DNA of 64,000 nt from Nitrospirota bacterium (GCA_963790025.1 CAWBMP010000005.1:128001-192000); one strand, 5' to 3'. Shown: positions 10,965 to 19,795, counted from the stretch's first letter. The notes: generated from the sequence alone by a model not told the origin. Made by a program: numbers and translations.

Positions 10965-11780
10965 TCAGTCCCACATTTCAGCTTCAGATTTCCTCCAGCC
11001 AAGTAATGTGCAACACCTTGCAACATTGTCAGAGATGTTACCAGTTGAATAAACTGCCAGGTGATATGGCTGTCTGTGCAGGAAGCTCACAGGACCACGC
11101 ATACCGTCAGGAGGAGAAGGCCAGATTACAGTTGCCCTTTTCTTATCAAAGGTAAATAATTCTAAAACAACCTTCAGTCCAGGCTTTAACATAGTTTTTA
11201 ATGAATCAATGATGGTTTCCCATAGAATATTATCCGGTCCAAAAAGATCTACAAGAATGAAAAGTGTATCAATGCTTTCGGGGAGACGAATGCGATTGAG
11301 ATGAGAAGCATCTGCTAATAAGGCATGGTTTTCTTGGCGTTCCTCGTATAGTTGCTCCCGAAGGGTGGTCATTGTATCATGATTTTTTTCTGATAGTATT
11401 AGGTATGGATTGCTGACTCCCATTTCTTTCAGTGTATCTATAGCTAATCCAGCAGAGCATCTGTAATTCTTGCCATTTATGATTGCCCGTTCAGCATCCA
11501 TATAATCTTTATAGGATTGGTATAGGGACAGCTCACTACATACTTCCTTTATCCAGTGGGCATGTTTAGGGCATGAAACATTCAGCAGGAAAGCATGAGT
11601 TTCCATATAAGCAAAGCCGTGTTCATTGTGGCGTGCAAGAAGTTTAAGCAAATTAATAAGAGCTGCATGCTTGAGAATATCTCCAAGGTTTCCAACATTG
11701 CCGTATTGTGGATTGCAATTCATAATGCCGTAATGGTTCAACAAGCTAAAAAATCTTTTTTTCACGGACACCTGTTTCAC
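10965..11780 (-). CDS. Divergent RlmJ-like methyltransferase-fold protein
   Basis: GNLGDILKH and FAYMETHA resemble RlmJ GNHADVLKH and FLYLDTHAG; ILVDLFG sits where DPPY is expected. Confidence 0.55.
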   Translation of the reverse strand: MKQVSVKKRFFSLLNHYGIMNCNPQYGNVGNLGDILKHAALINLLKLLARHNEHGFAYMETHAFLLNVSCPKHAHWIKEVCSELSLYQSYKDYMDAERAIINGKNYRCSAGLAIDTLKEMGVSNPYLILSEKNHDTMTTLREQLYEERQENHALLADASHLNRIRLPESIDTLFILVDLFGPDNILWETIIDSLKTMLKPGLKVVLELFTFDKKRATVIWPSPPDGMRGPVSFLHRQPYHLAVYSTGNISDNVARCCTLLGWRKSEAEMWD

Positions 11781-11995
11781 ACCTCCAGAACCGGCATTTC
11801 ATAATCTTGTTGCAACTATGGTCTCAAAATAGGCATAAGCATGCTCCGTTAACTCACTTATGAATAACGTTGGGGTTCTTATTGTCCTCTATTTACCCCA
11901 ATTTCAATTAGTTCCATTAAACCATCTCAAGGACTTTTGCTGATAATTACTCAAAGAATTACAGACCTTCAGCTAAGACTTATGGTTAGCAGTAT

Positions 11996-12691
11996 TCAAT
12001 CTCCTGTCAGGGAGATGCGGAATTCTATGACAGCATTAAGCTTGGATAATGTTTCCGAGAGGCGTAACATGCTTTCCCTGCTTCGGGTCTGAATCAGCAT
12101 GTCATATTCAAAGCACTTTCCTCCTTCCGCAAGAGAATAACTCAGCTTCGAAATCTTGACACCGTGACTCGAAACAAGTTCTCGCAAATCCTTTTCGGAC
12201 ATAGCCCCTTCCCGGCAGAAACGCAATGAATGCTGAGCGTAGATAAGGGCTGGTATTTTTGATTCGATCCACCTGAAAATGGTTAGAGTCCCAAGAGTAA
12301 GAGCTGTTTGAATACATACCGCGGTATAAAAACCAACACCGGCCAGAATCCCTATTGCAGCAGTAATCCATATACATGCTGCCGTTGTGAGGCCGCGTAT
12401 GGAAAGTCCTTCCTTCATGATAACTCCCGCGCCGAGAAAACCGATGCCGGTCATTATGCCCTGGGCCATACGTGTCGGATCAACCCGTACGGTTTCGGTC
12501 GCGGCAGCATGAAACCATTGTCCCTGATGAATTGTGACATGCATAAGGAGGGCAGATGCCATGCACACGATAGTGTGGGTGCGAAACCCCGCGGCATGGC
12601 CGTTATAGCTTCGTTCGAGCCCTATCAGCCCTCCTGCGATCATTGCCACAATCAAGTGCAACAAAATATCAAAGAAATCGCTGTTCATCAC
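11996..12691 (-). CDS. MgtC/SapB family membrane protein
   Basis: IGLER, AGFRTH, DPTRMAQGIMTGIGFLGAGVI, GLTTAA. Confidence 0.93.
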   Translation of the reverse strand: MMNSDFFDILLHLIVAMIAGGLIGLERSYNGHAAGFRTHTIVCMASALLMHVTIHQGQWFHAAATETVRVDPTRMAQGIMTGIGFLGAGVIMKEGLSIRGLTTAACIWITAAIGILAGVGFYTAVCIQTALTLGTLTIFRWIESKIPALIYAQHSLRFCREGAMSEKDLRELVSSHGVKISKLSYSLAEGGKCFEYDMLIQTRSRESMLRLSETLSKLNAVIEFRISLTGD

Positions 12692-12759
12692 GAATCTAAC
12701 CGGAACAGGTTATTAATGAGAAAATCTATCATATCATTTAAAATATTCATCCGTAGCAA

Positions 12760-13287
12760 TTAATTCCCCTCTACGTGTGCGAACAGTGTATGCCAGCGGT
12801 CTTCCGGTAAAGGATATTTCCTGCAGATTGCTTTCCGTTCAATGGCAAAGTCCATAGCTTCCCACGGTTGTAGTTTTTTTATTTGGGCTGTCGCAGTCAG
12901 GAAATAATCGGTCAGGCTGTTGTTAATTTGAATTAATTTCTCAGCCTTGAAGCTATCACCATATAAATGAAAAACAATATTTTGCTGCGTAGACATTAAA
13001 TTAAATATCCGTTCTCCTTTTTTGCCTGTCTCGTGGTAATCAATCCACGTCTCGAAAAAATGCTTTATATCAGGACCAAGCATGAACATTATGGTCAGCA
13101 ATCCTACCCTGTTTTGAATATATAGACCCGAGCAAATAGTGATAACCGGATTTATAAGTTTATTGCAGATTACGTCTGACTTCTCTCGCGCGAGAAAATT
13201 GACAGACTCCTCTTGATAGCATGAGAGAGTGCAAATGGCGCCGCCTGGTCGTATGTGGTGGATAAGCGGTTCAGAATCGGACAGCAT
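12760..13287 (-). CDS. Hypothetical protein
   Basis: 175-aa ORF with GAGGAG upstream; no recognised motif. Confidence 0.55.
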   Translation of the reverse strand: MLSDSEPLIHHIRPGGAICTLSCYQEESVNFLAREKSDVICNKLINPVITICSGLYIQNRVGLLTIMFMLGPDIKHFFETWIDYHETGKKGERIFNLMSTQQNIVFHLYGDSFKAEKLIQINNSLTDYFLTATAQIKKLQPWEAMDFAIERKAICRKYPLPEDRWHTLFAHVEGN

Positions 13288-13426
13288 AATCTTTCTTCTC
13301 CCTCACTGATATTTAAATAACACTCTAAATGCTGTGCTCAAGTGACTAAAAGATAATAAAATAACCATTACTTACCTACTTTTAATTTACAAGATGGTAT
13401 GTGATTTTGCAACAATTGTTCGAGTT

Positions 13427-13543
13427 GGTGTGAACCGGCTTTCAATTATGACCCGCCTGTATCTTGACAAATTGATTGGATACAAATTTATATTGGTTAA
13501 ACTGGGTGACGATACTGGTCAAAATTGCAAGCCGATTCACACC
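13427..13543. mobile_element. MITE-like element with 27-bp terminal inverted repeats
   Basis: GGTGTGAACCGGCTTTCAATTATGACC (13427-13453) versus the reverse complement of 13517-13543, GGTGTGAATCGGCTTGCAATTTTGACC: 24/27 identical. The ends resemble IS21-family IRs. No target duplication seen. Confidence 0.55.
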
Positions 13544-13821
13544 CTGATATTTTATTTTGCTCCTGCAATCTCAACTCATTCACTGATCAGTAAAATAAAA
13601 GGCCGAACAGCCCATAGTGATTTTGCAGGTCGGCCGTCTTTTGTTACAAGATACATAACTTTCCGTCCTCTCCTAACGAAGGGTTTAGCTTGAAAGGTTA
13701 AACATAACGAATAAAATTACGATTATCAATAAATTATTCATCTCATTATTCAGCTAACAAGGGGCCAAAATGTTGTTGACATGCCATTTGAACATCTACT
13801 AAGCTACTGGACAGATAACAT

Positions 13822-14442
13822 ATGAAGTTCTTTTTTCCCAAAGAAATAAATTTTTTCGAACTCTTTGACATAGCGTCGCGGAATGTCATCAAAGGAGCGT
13901 CTCTTTTAGTCGCCTTACTCCAGAACATGGATAATCTTGAGATCCTTTCGAAGGAGGTTCGGGAATGCGAAAAGGAGGGCGACTCCATGACCCAAGATAT
14001 CATCAAAAAACTCAGCAAGACTTTCATCACGCCGATTGACCGCGAGGACCTTCATGCTTTGACTATAAAAATCGACGACGTTATCGACATAATATGGGTT
14101 TGCGTAGAACGATTTACGATTTTTAAACTGCGGAGTTCTACACCTGAAGCTGTCGCCATGGCTAGGGAACTGATGGCAACGACTGAGATCATGAGCAAGG
14201 CTGTTACAGCACTTAGGAACAAAAAATATTCATATGTCCAGGAATGCTGTATCGAGATTAATAGCTTTGAAAACCGGATTGACAGGCTTTACCGCCAGAC
14301 TCTCGTGAAACTCTTCGATGAAGTCAAAGACCCTATATTCATTATAAAATGGATGGAAATTTACGAATACCTGGAGAAAGCGTCCGATGCATGTGAGGAT
14401 GTGGCAAACATTCTCGAGGCAATAGTCCTTAAAACTGCATAA
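13822..14442 (+). CDS. DUF47 (PhoU-like phosphate transport regulator) protein
   Basis: EKEGD, TFITPIDREDL, DDVID, IYEYLEKASDACEDVAN. Confidence 0.9.
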   Translation: MKFFFPKEINFFELFDIASRNVIKGASLLVALLQNMDNLEILSKEVRECEKEGDSMTQDIIKKLSKTFITPIDREDLHALTIKIDDVIDIIWVCVERFTIFKLRSSTPEAVAMARELMATTEIMSKAVTALRNKKYSYVQECCIEINSFENRIDRLYRQTLVKLFDEVKDPIFIIKWMEIYEYLEKASDACEDVANILEAIVLKTA

Positions 14443-14486
14443 TTCTTTTTCCCTGCTGGTCTCAATATCAACATGCTGCCAGTCAA

Positions 14487-14819
14487 TCATGATTGTGGCT
14501 TGCCAGCCCTCCGAGGTCTTGTTCGCTGCCTATAGAACTTCTCTTTCTCTGCATCAGGAATGAACTCGAAAGCTTTTTCGATGAATTCTTTGAGCTCTTT
14601 CAAAAAAGGATACCGGGGATTAAAAGTATACAATCTTACTTTTCCGACAAGTCTACTTGCTACAATGCCGCTGTCTTCAAGCCTTTTGAGTTGCTGCTGA
14701 ATCCTGTTTACGGGAACTTCAAAGGTTTTTGCCATACCTAAAGGATAGCCCTCACCATAGGTGGCGATAAAGAAGAAGATTTTCTCAATAATAATGTTTC
14801 CGAAAAGACCCTCAAGCAT
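14487..14819 (-). CDS. Winged-helix transcriptional regulator / putative antitoxin
   Basis: IQQQLKRLEDSGIV...GKVRLYTFNPRYPFLKEL; RPRRAGKP tail; AGGAGG RBS. Confidence 0.75.
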   Translation of the reverse strand: MLEGLFGNIIIEKIFFFIATYGEGYPLGMAKTFEVPVNRIQQQLKRLEDSGIVASRLVGKVRLYTFNPRYPFLKELKEFIEKAFEFIPDAEKEKFYRQRTRPRRAGKPQS

Positions 14820-14829
14820 GACTCCTCCT

Positions 14830-14867
14830 TACCATAATCATTGGTATTAATACCATATATTATGGTA
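14830..14867. promoter_or_regulatory. Tandem operator palindromes TACCA-N7-TGGTA
   Basis: TACCATAATCATTGGTA (14830-14846) and TACCATATATTATGGTA (14851-14867), 21 bp apart, just upstream of the wHTH gene. Confidence 0.65.
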
Positions 14868-14894
14868 GAGATATCAAGTGATTCGAATTTATGA

Positions 14895-16253
14895 CTAATG
14901 AGGGTTAAGTTTTTTCCTGAGGGTCAAGCGGTTTATACCGAGGATGCGCGCGGCCTCTGATTGGTTCTCCCGGGTGTGCGATAAAACATAATCGAAAATA
15001 GGTCTGTCCACTTCACGGTGTATGCTTTCATAAATATTCTTGTCCTTCTGTGCAATGGCCTGCCTTAACATCGGGATTATCACCGGGCCAAGTGTTTCGG
15101 CAGTCGTTCCCTTCTTGTATAGTGCCTGCTGGTTGACTCCGAGTTCTTTGATCTCCTGAGTGGTGAGGAAATGCGTCTTGCTCAGGGCAATGGCGGAACG
15201 TAACGTATTCTCCAGCTCTCTTATATTTCCGGGCCATTCATAGGCCTGGAGTTTTTTAAGAAATGCCTTTGTGATGCCCTTGATGGGTCTTGGCCCGGTA
15301 TTACGGTAACGGTCAACAAAAAAATTTACCAGGGGGAGAATATCTTTTCTGCGTTCGCGCAGCGGCGGGATATGTATTGTTGCCACGCGAATCCGGTGAA
15401 GCAGGTCCTCTCTGAAGGCCCCCTCTTTCACCATCGATGCGAGGTCCCTGTTTGTTGCAGAAATCACACGAACATTCACCTGCTCTTCCCTGATGCTGCC
15501 AATAGGATAAAACGTTTGAGTCTGCAGAAAGCGGAGCAGTTTTCCCTGCAAAGAAAGCGGCAACTCGGCTATCTCGTCGAAAAAGACCGTGCCTTCATCA
15601 GCGATCTTCAGCATTCCGGCCTTTGCCGAGACTGCGCCGGTAAAGGCACCCTTTTCAAAGCCGAAAAGTTCAGATTCAAGGAGCGTTTCAGGAACGGCAG
15701 CGCAGTTAACTACGACGAAGGGTTTCCCGAAACGTGAGGAAAGCTGGGCTATGGATTCAGCGATGAGTTCCTTTCCGGTACCCGTCTCGCCGGTTACCAG
15801 GACCGGGACCTCTGCCTGGGACAGCCGTGCCAGTTTTTTACAGACTTCCATAATGATCGGCGAACTCCCCACTATTGCACAGGTCGGCGCCGGCGGCAGG
15901 TTTTTAATGGGGATAGGATCCTGCAGTTCCTCTCCCATTTCATGGAGTTCCTGAAGTAATTGAAGCACGGTCTCCCGCTGCAGCGGACGATGGATTATTT
16001 CGTATGCTCCGAATGTCACTGCCTCCATCACAGGCTCGGTCCGTTTTAACTTTGTGACTGCAATAATAATGTTGGCGCGGCCCAGTTCTTTAATAAGCCC
16101 GGTCTTGACCGTATCGATATCGAAGAAGATAAATGCGTTGTGAAGGCCTGACGCGTGGGTGACTATTGTGGATCCCTTTGGGAGTACTCCCGAAAGTTCT
16201 TCACTCAGCGCCGCATCTCCGGTTAACAAAACCACTTCGTTTTTTCTTTTCAT
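14895..16253 (-). CDS. sigma54-dependent enhancer-binding protein with degenerate receiver domain
   Basis: GETGTGKE, ESELFG, GAFTGA, FFDEI, WPGNIREL, Fis-type HTH NQSEAARILGINRLTL. Confidence 0.93.
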   Translation of the reverse strand: MKRKNEVVLLTGDAALSEELSGVLPKGSTIVTHASGLHNAFIFFDIDTVKTGLIKELGRANIIIAVTKLKRTEPVMEAVTFGAYEIIHRPLQRETVLQLLQELHEMGEELQDPIPIKNLPPAPTCAIVGSSPIIMEVCKKLARLSQAEVPVLVTGETGTGKELIAESIAQLSSRFGKPFVVVNCAAVPETLLESELFGFEKGAFTGAVSAKAGMLKIADEGTVFFDEIAELPLSLQGKLLRFLQTQTFYPIGSIREEQVNVRVISATNRDLASMVKEGAFREDLLHRIRVATIHIPPLRERRKDILPLVNFFVDRYRNTGPRPIKGITKAFLKKLQAYEWPGNIRELENTLRSAIALSKTHFLTTQEIKELGVNQQALYKKGTTAETLGPVIIPMLRQAIAQKDKNIYESIHREVDRPIFDYVLSHTRENQSEAARILGINRLTLRKKLNPH

Positions 16254-16352
16254 GTATAAATAGTATGCACTATGATTATTTATTATGCAATTATAATCTT
16301 CAGCATAGTCTTCAGCCCCGACTATTTCTTTTTATTTCAATCACTTTTTGCC

Positions 16353-16368
16353 TGGCATAACTATTGCT
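16353..16368 (+). promoter_or_regulatory. sigma54 (-24/-12) promoter
   Basis: TGGCATAACTATTGCT (GG-N10-GC), 47 bp upstream of ORF 16415 and divergent from the activator gene. Confidence 0.8.
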
Positions 16369-16414
16369 GTACTTTGGATAAAGTGCAAAACTAAACAAGG
16401 GAGCGTGAAGGGAC

Positions 16415-16732
16415 ATGGAAACAGCAAGTGTATGCGGGCTTTGTCTGGGACGGTTGAAATACCAGATCGATAATGCGAAAAAGAGGGCAGCGGCTGATAG
16501 CAGACGGGTGCGCAGCGGAAGGGTCTTGCTGGAGAGTTATTACACCGGCGAACCGGATGAAATCATAGATATCCTTGAGCTTTATCATGTAAAAGACCGG
16601 ACACTTGAGGGGGTAGTAGAGACGCTCGCTGAACTGTCCTATTCAGCATCGGTGCTTACCAGGGAGTCGCTTCATTTTGACTTTGATAAAGAGGGTCACT
16701 TCGGGCTATATCTTTCCCTCTGCAAACAATAA
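16415..16732 (+). CDS. Hypothetical protein, sigma54-driven
   Basis: 105 aa, N-terminal CGLC; lies downstream of the sigma54 promoter. Confidence 0.6.
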   Translation: METASVCGLCLGRLKYQIDNAKKRAAADSRRVRSGRVLLESYYTGEPDEIIDILELYHVKDRTLEGVVETLAELSYSASVLTRESLHFDFDKEGHFGLYLSLCKQ

Positions 16733-16840
16733 GAAAATAAGTAGTTAAGGAATAAAAACAAGTGAAAAGTAATAAGTAAAAAGTAGAGACGAAGACATTT
16801 TCTTTTGTTTCTTTCACTTTTTACTTCTTACTTTTTACTT
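16730..16840. repeat. Heptamer tandem repeats arranged as an inverted pair (AAGTAAA-like / TTTTACT-like)
   Basis: aagtgaa aagtaat aagtaaa aagtaga (16760-16787) ... tttcact ttttact tcttact ttttact (16812-16840). Confidence 0.75.
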
Positions 16841-16878
16841 GATATATTCTATAATCGTACAGGGAGGCCGTAGAGACC

Positions 16879-17694
16879 GTGATATCGCATAACAGGGAAT
16901 TTACCGAAGATCAATTACAGAGGTATAATCGTCATATTCTCCTGCCTGAGGTCGGGGCAGCAGGACAAGGAAAGCTGCTGGATGCAAAAGTATTCATTGT
17001 GGGTGCCGGCGGTCTAGGAAGCCCTGTGGGCTATTATCTTGCTGCGGCAGGCATCGGCACTATCGGGATCATTGATAACGACAGGGTGGAAATCAGCAAC
17101 CTGCAACGGCAGATAGCGCACAGTACAAAGACGCTCGGCATGCTTAAAGTTGAATCGGCAAAGGCGACCTTCGAGGCTTTGAATCCGGATGTTAAAGTCA
17201 TAGGCCTTGCGGAAAGGCTTTCTAAAGATACGATCAGAGATATTATCATAAATTACGATGTAGTTGTGGATTGCAGCGACAACTTCCCGACCCGCTATCT
17301 GGTCAATGATGCGTGTGTGATGGTGAAAAAGCCGCTGGTAAGCGGCGCCATTCTCAGGTTTGAGGGCCAGGTGACGACAGTTTTGCCTGGAGAAGGCCAC
17401 TGCTACCGGTGTCTGTTTGAAGAAATGCCGCCGGCAGGACATGCACCCTCCTGCCAGGATGTGGGGGTCATCGGAGCGATCCCGGGAGTAGTCGGCTCTT
17501 TGCAGGCAGTTGAGGTTATCAAACTTATTCTCGGCAAGGGAGAGGTACTGAAAAACACTCTGCTGATATACGATGCCCTGAAAACAACCTTCAGGCGCGT
17601 CAGTGTCCCCAGGAATGATGAATGCCCGGTGTGCGGGGCAAACCCCATCATTACTGAACTGCAGGACTACGAGTCTGGATATTGCCGGGCTTGA
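16879..17694 (+). CDS. moeB: MoeB/ThiF family E1-like adenylyltransferase, no rhodanese domain
   Basis: RYNRHI, GAGGLG, SNLQRQ, DNFPTR, CYRC, CPVC. Confidence 0.9.
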   Translation: MISHNREFTEDQLQRYNRHILLPEVGAAGQGKLLDAKVFIVGAGGLGSPVGYYLAAAGIGTIGIIDNDRVEISNLQRQIAHSTKTLGMLKVESAKATFEALNPDVKVIGLAERLSKDTIRDIIINYDVVVDCSDNFPTRYLVNDACVMVKKPLVSGAILRFEGQVTTVLPGEGHCYRCLFEEMPPAGHAPSCQDVGVIGAIPGVVGSLQAVEVIKLILGKGEVLKNTLLIYDALKTTFRRVSVPRNDECPVCGANPIITELQDYESGYCRA

Positions 17695-18101
17695 CTGAAA
17701 CATATCAAATAACAATACCGGAGCGTATCTTTGACGAAATGATAGCCTATTGCAGGGCCGGCTATCCGAACGAGGTGTGCGGGATTTTAGCCGGCAGGGG
17801 GCAAGAGGTCTCCAGTCTTTACCGGATGCGGAACGTCGATGGTTCACCGGTAAGCTACCTGATGGATTCAAAAGAACAAATCCAGGTAATGAAAACGTTG
17901 CGTGATGAAGGGCTCTCAATGGTGGGGCTGTTCCATTCCCACCCCGATTTTGCGGCGTACCCGTCGGCAAAAGACGTGGAACTCGCGTTTTACGAAGACA
18001 GCGTCTATGTTATTGTGAGTCTGATTGAAAAAAGGCCGCGGGCTAAAGCGTTCTTCATCAGAAACGGCACGGTCGAAGAGGTAGAAATCAGAAATCGCTA
18101 A
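17682..18101 (+). CDS. JAB/Mov34 (M67, Mec-like) metalloprotease
   Basis: PNEVCGILAG and FHSHP...PSAKD (JAMM motif); start may be TTG 17691. Confidence 0.92.
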   Translation: MPGLTETYQITIPERIFDEMIAYCRAGYPNEVCGILAGRGQEVSSLYRMRNVDGSPVSYLMDSKEQIQVMKTLRDEGLSMVGLFHSHPDFAAYPSAKDVELAFYEDSVYVIVSLIEKRPRAKAFFIRNGTVEEVEIRNR

Positions 18102-18106
18102 CTACT

Positions 18107-18135
18107 TTGATTTTCTACCGATTTTAAAGTAAAAT
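18107..18135 (+). promoter_or_regulatory. sigma70-type promoter upstream of the thrC-like gene
   Basis: TTGATT-17 nt-TAAAAT. Confidence 0.5.
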
Positions 18136-18197
18136 AAAAATTCGTTCAGGAACTGTCCAGAGGGGTTATTGCTCGCAGTAATGAACAGGAGGTCCTT

Positions 18198-19436
18198 ATG
18201 GGATTTGTCAGAGGTCTGAAGTGCAGGGAATGCGGCAGGGAGTATCCTGTTGATCCTATATATGTCTGCGAATTTTGCTTCGGTCCTTTGGAAGTCTCTT
18301 ACGACTACACAATGATCAGGAAGGCGCTGACACGCAAAACTATAGAAAAGCGGGAAAAAAACCTCTGGCGTTATAAAGAACTGCTTCCAATAAACGGCGA
18401 GCCGCAGGTGGGACTTGATTCCGGTTTTACCCCTCTGGTAAAGGCTGATAACCTTGCCGGTGCCCTCGGCATTAAGGAACTGTATGTTAAAGACGACACT
18501 GTGGTGCATCCCACTTTGTCGTTCAAGGACCGGGTTGTTGCCGTTGCGCTTACGAAAGCAAAGGAGTTCGGATTTGATACGGTGGCATGCGCATCTACCG
18601 GCAACCTGGCCCACTCGGTTTCGGCTCATGGCGCCAAGGCGGGCTTCAAACGTTTTGTGTTTATTCCCGCCTCTCTTGAGCAGAGCAAGATAGTTGCCTC
18701 GCTGGTATATGAACCGAACCTGGTGGCGGTTGACGGCAATTATGATGAGGTCAACAGGCTTTGCAGTGAGATTGCCAATAAATACCCGTGGGCCTTTGTC
18801 AATATAAACATAAGGCCGTTCTATGCGGAGGGCTCGAAGACACAGGGGTTCGAGATTATCGAGCAATTGGGATGGGAAGCCCCCGATAATGTGGTTGTGC
18901 CTTGCGCCAGCGGTTCTCTTCTGACAAAAGTGTGGAAGGCGTTCAAAGAGTTCAAGGAAATAGGACTCATCAAAAAGCTGGACACAAAAGTGTTTGCGGC
19001 CCAGGCAACAGGATGTTCTCCCATTGCCTGTGCCATAAAGCAGGGGACCGATATAATAAGGCCGGTCAAGCCTGACACGGTTGCTAAATCGCTTGCCATA
19101 GGCAACCCTGCCGATGGGTACTATGCCTGGCATGTCGTTAATGAAACCGGAGGCTACGGAGAGGATGTTTCCGATCAAGAGATTATAGAAGGGATAAAAC
19201 TTCTTGCAAGGACAGAGGGTATTTTTGCCGAAACCGCGGGAGGCGTGACAGTCGCAACGGCAAAAAAACTTATTGAGCAGGGAAAAATAGGCAGGAACGA
19301 AAGAACTGTAATATGCATTACCGGCAATGGTCTGAAGACCCAGGAAGCTCTTGACGGGCACACAGCCTCAGTGCATAATATCAAACCGAACATGGCAGCG
19401 TTCGAAGAGTTTTTTAAGAAAATAGGCGATAGGTGA
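18198..19436 (+). CDS. thrC: Threonine-synthase-like PLP enzyme (clade usually paired with a MoaD/ThiS carrier)
   Basis: N-terminal CRECG...CEFC, PTLSFKDR (PLP lysine), ASTGN, EGSKT, ITGNGLK. Confidence 0.85.
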   Translation: MGFVRGLKCRECGREYPVDPIYVCEFCFGPLEVSYDYTMIRKALTRKTIEKREKNLWRYKELLPINGEPQVGLDSGFTPLVKADNLAGALGIKELYVKDDTVVHPTLSFKDRVVAVALTKAKEFGFDTVACASTGNLAHSVSAHGAKAGFKRFVFIPASLEQSKIVASLVYEPNLVAVDGNYDEVNRLCSEIANKYPWAFVNINIRPFYAEGSKTQGFEIIEQLGWEAPDNVVVPCASGSLLTKVWKAFKEFKEIGLIKKLDTKVFAAQATGCSPIACAIKQGTDIIRPVKPDTVAKSLAIGNPADGYYAWHVVNETGGYGEDVSDQEIIEGIKLLARTEGIFAETAGGVTVATAKKLIEQGKIGRNERTVICITGNGLKTQEALDGHTASVHNIKPNMAAFEEFFKKIGDR

Positions 19437-19449
19437 TCGCCTATAGCCT
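19423..19449. repeat. Short heptamer hairpin (AGGCGAT/ATCGCCT)
   Basis: taggcgataggtgatcgcctatagcct across the thrC stop codon. Confidence 0.5.
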
Positions 19450-19468
19450 GATTTAAGGAGGTGTTTGT

Positions 19469-19756
19469 ATGGCGGTAAAAGTCAGAATCCCGACGCCCCT
19501 CCAGCGGCTTACCCAGGGGAAAGAGGAGGTTGAAGGTAAGGCTGGTGTAATTATAGAGATTATTAATGACCTTGAGGCGCGCTACCCGGGCATTGCAGAA
19601 AGAATATCGGAGGGCGGCAAGGTGAGGAGATTTGTCAACGTGTATGTCAACGAGGAGGATATCAGGTTTTTACAGGCTGAACAAACGCCTGTAAAGGACG
19701 GGGACGAGGTTTCTATTGTTCCGGCCATAGCCGGAGGTTCGGAGTCAAGGATCTAG
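19469..19756 (+). CDS. Ubiquitin-like sulfur carrier protein (MoaD/CysO family) with masked C-terminus
   Basis: VRIPTPL...FVNVYVNEEDIRFL...VPAIAGG followed by SESRI. Confidence 0.93.
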   Translation: MAVKVRIPTPLQRLTQGKEEVEGKAGVIIEIINDLEARYPGIAERISEGGKVRRFVNVYVNEEDIRFLQAEQTPVKDGDEVSIVPAIAGGSESRI

Positions 19757-19795
19757 CGTCGCGCCTGGTGTTTGACGATTAAAAAGGAGGAGAAC

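Noticed and set aside
10432..13287. Four co-oriented unrelated minus-strand genes as an integron cassette array (GTTAGAT precedes the mgtC start)
   Set aside because: No convincing paired RYYYAAC/GTTRRRY attC hairpins or repeated spacers, and no integrase.
13394..13693. 99-aa ORF across the MITE
   Set aside because: It overlaps inverted repeats and hairpins and has no protein features.
18150..18190. SAM-I riboswitch (TCCAGAG resembles its 5' end)
   Set aside because: Too short and lacks the P2 kink-turn, P3 and P4; kept only as an unclassified leader.
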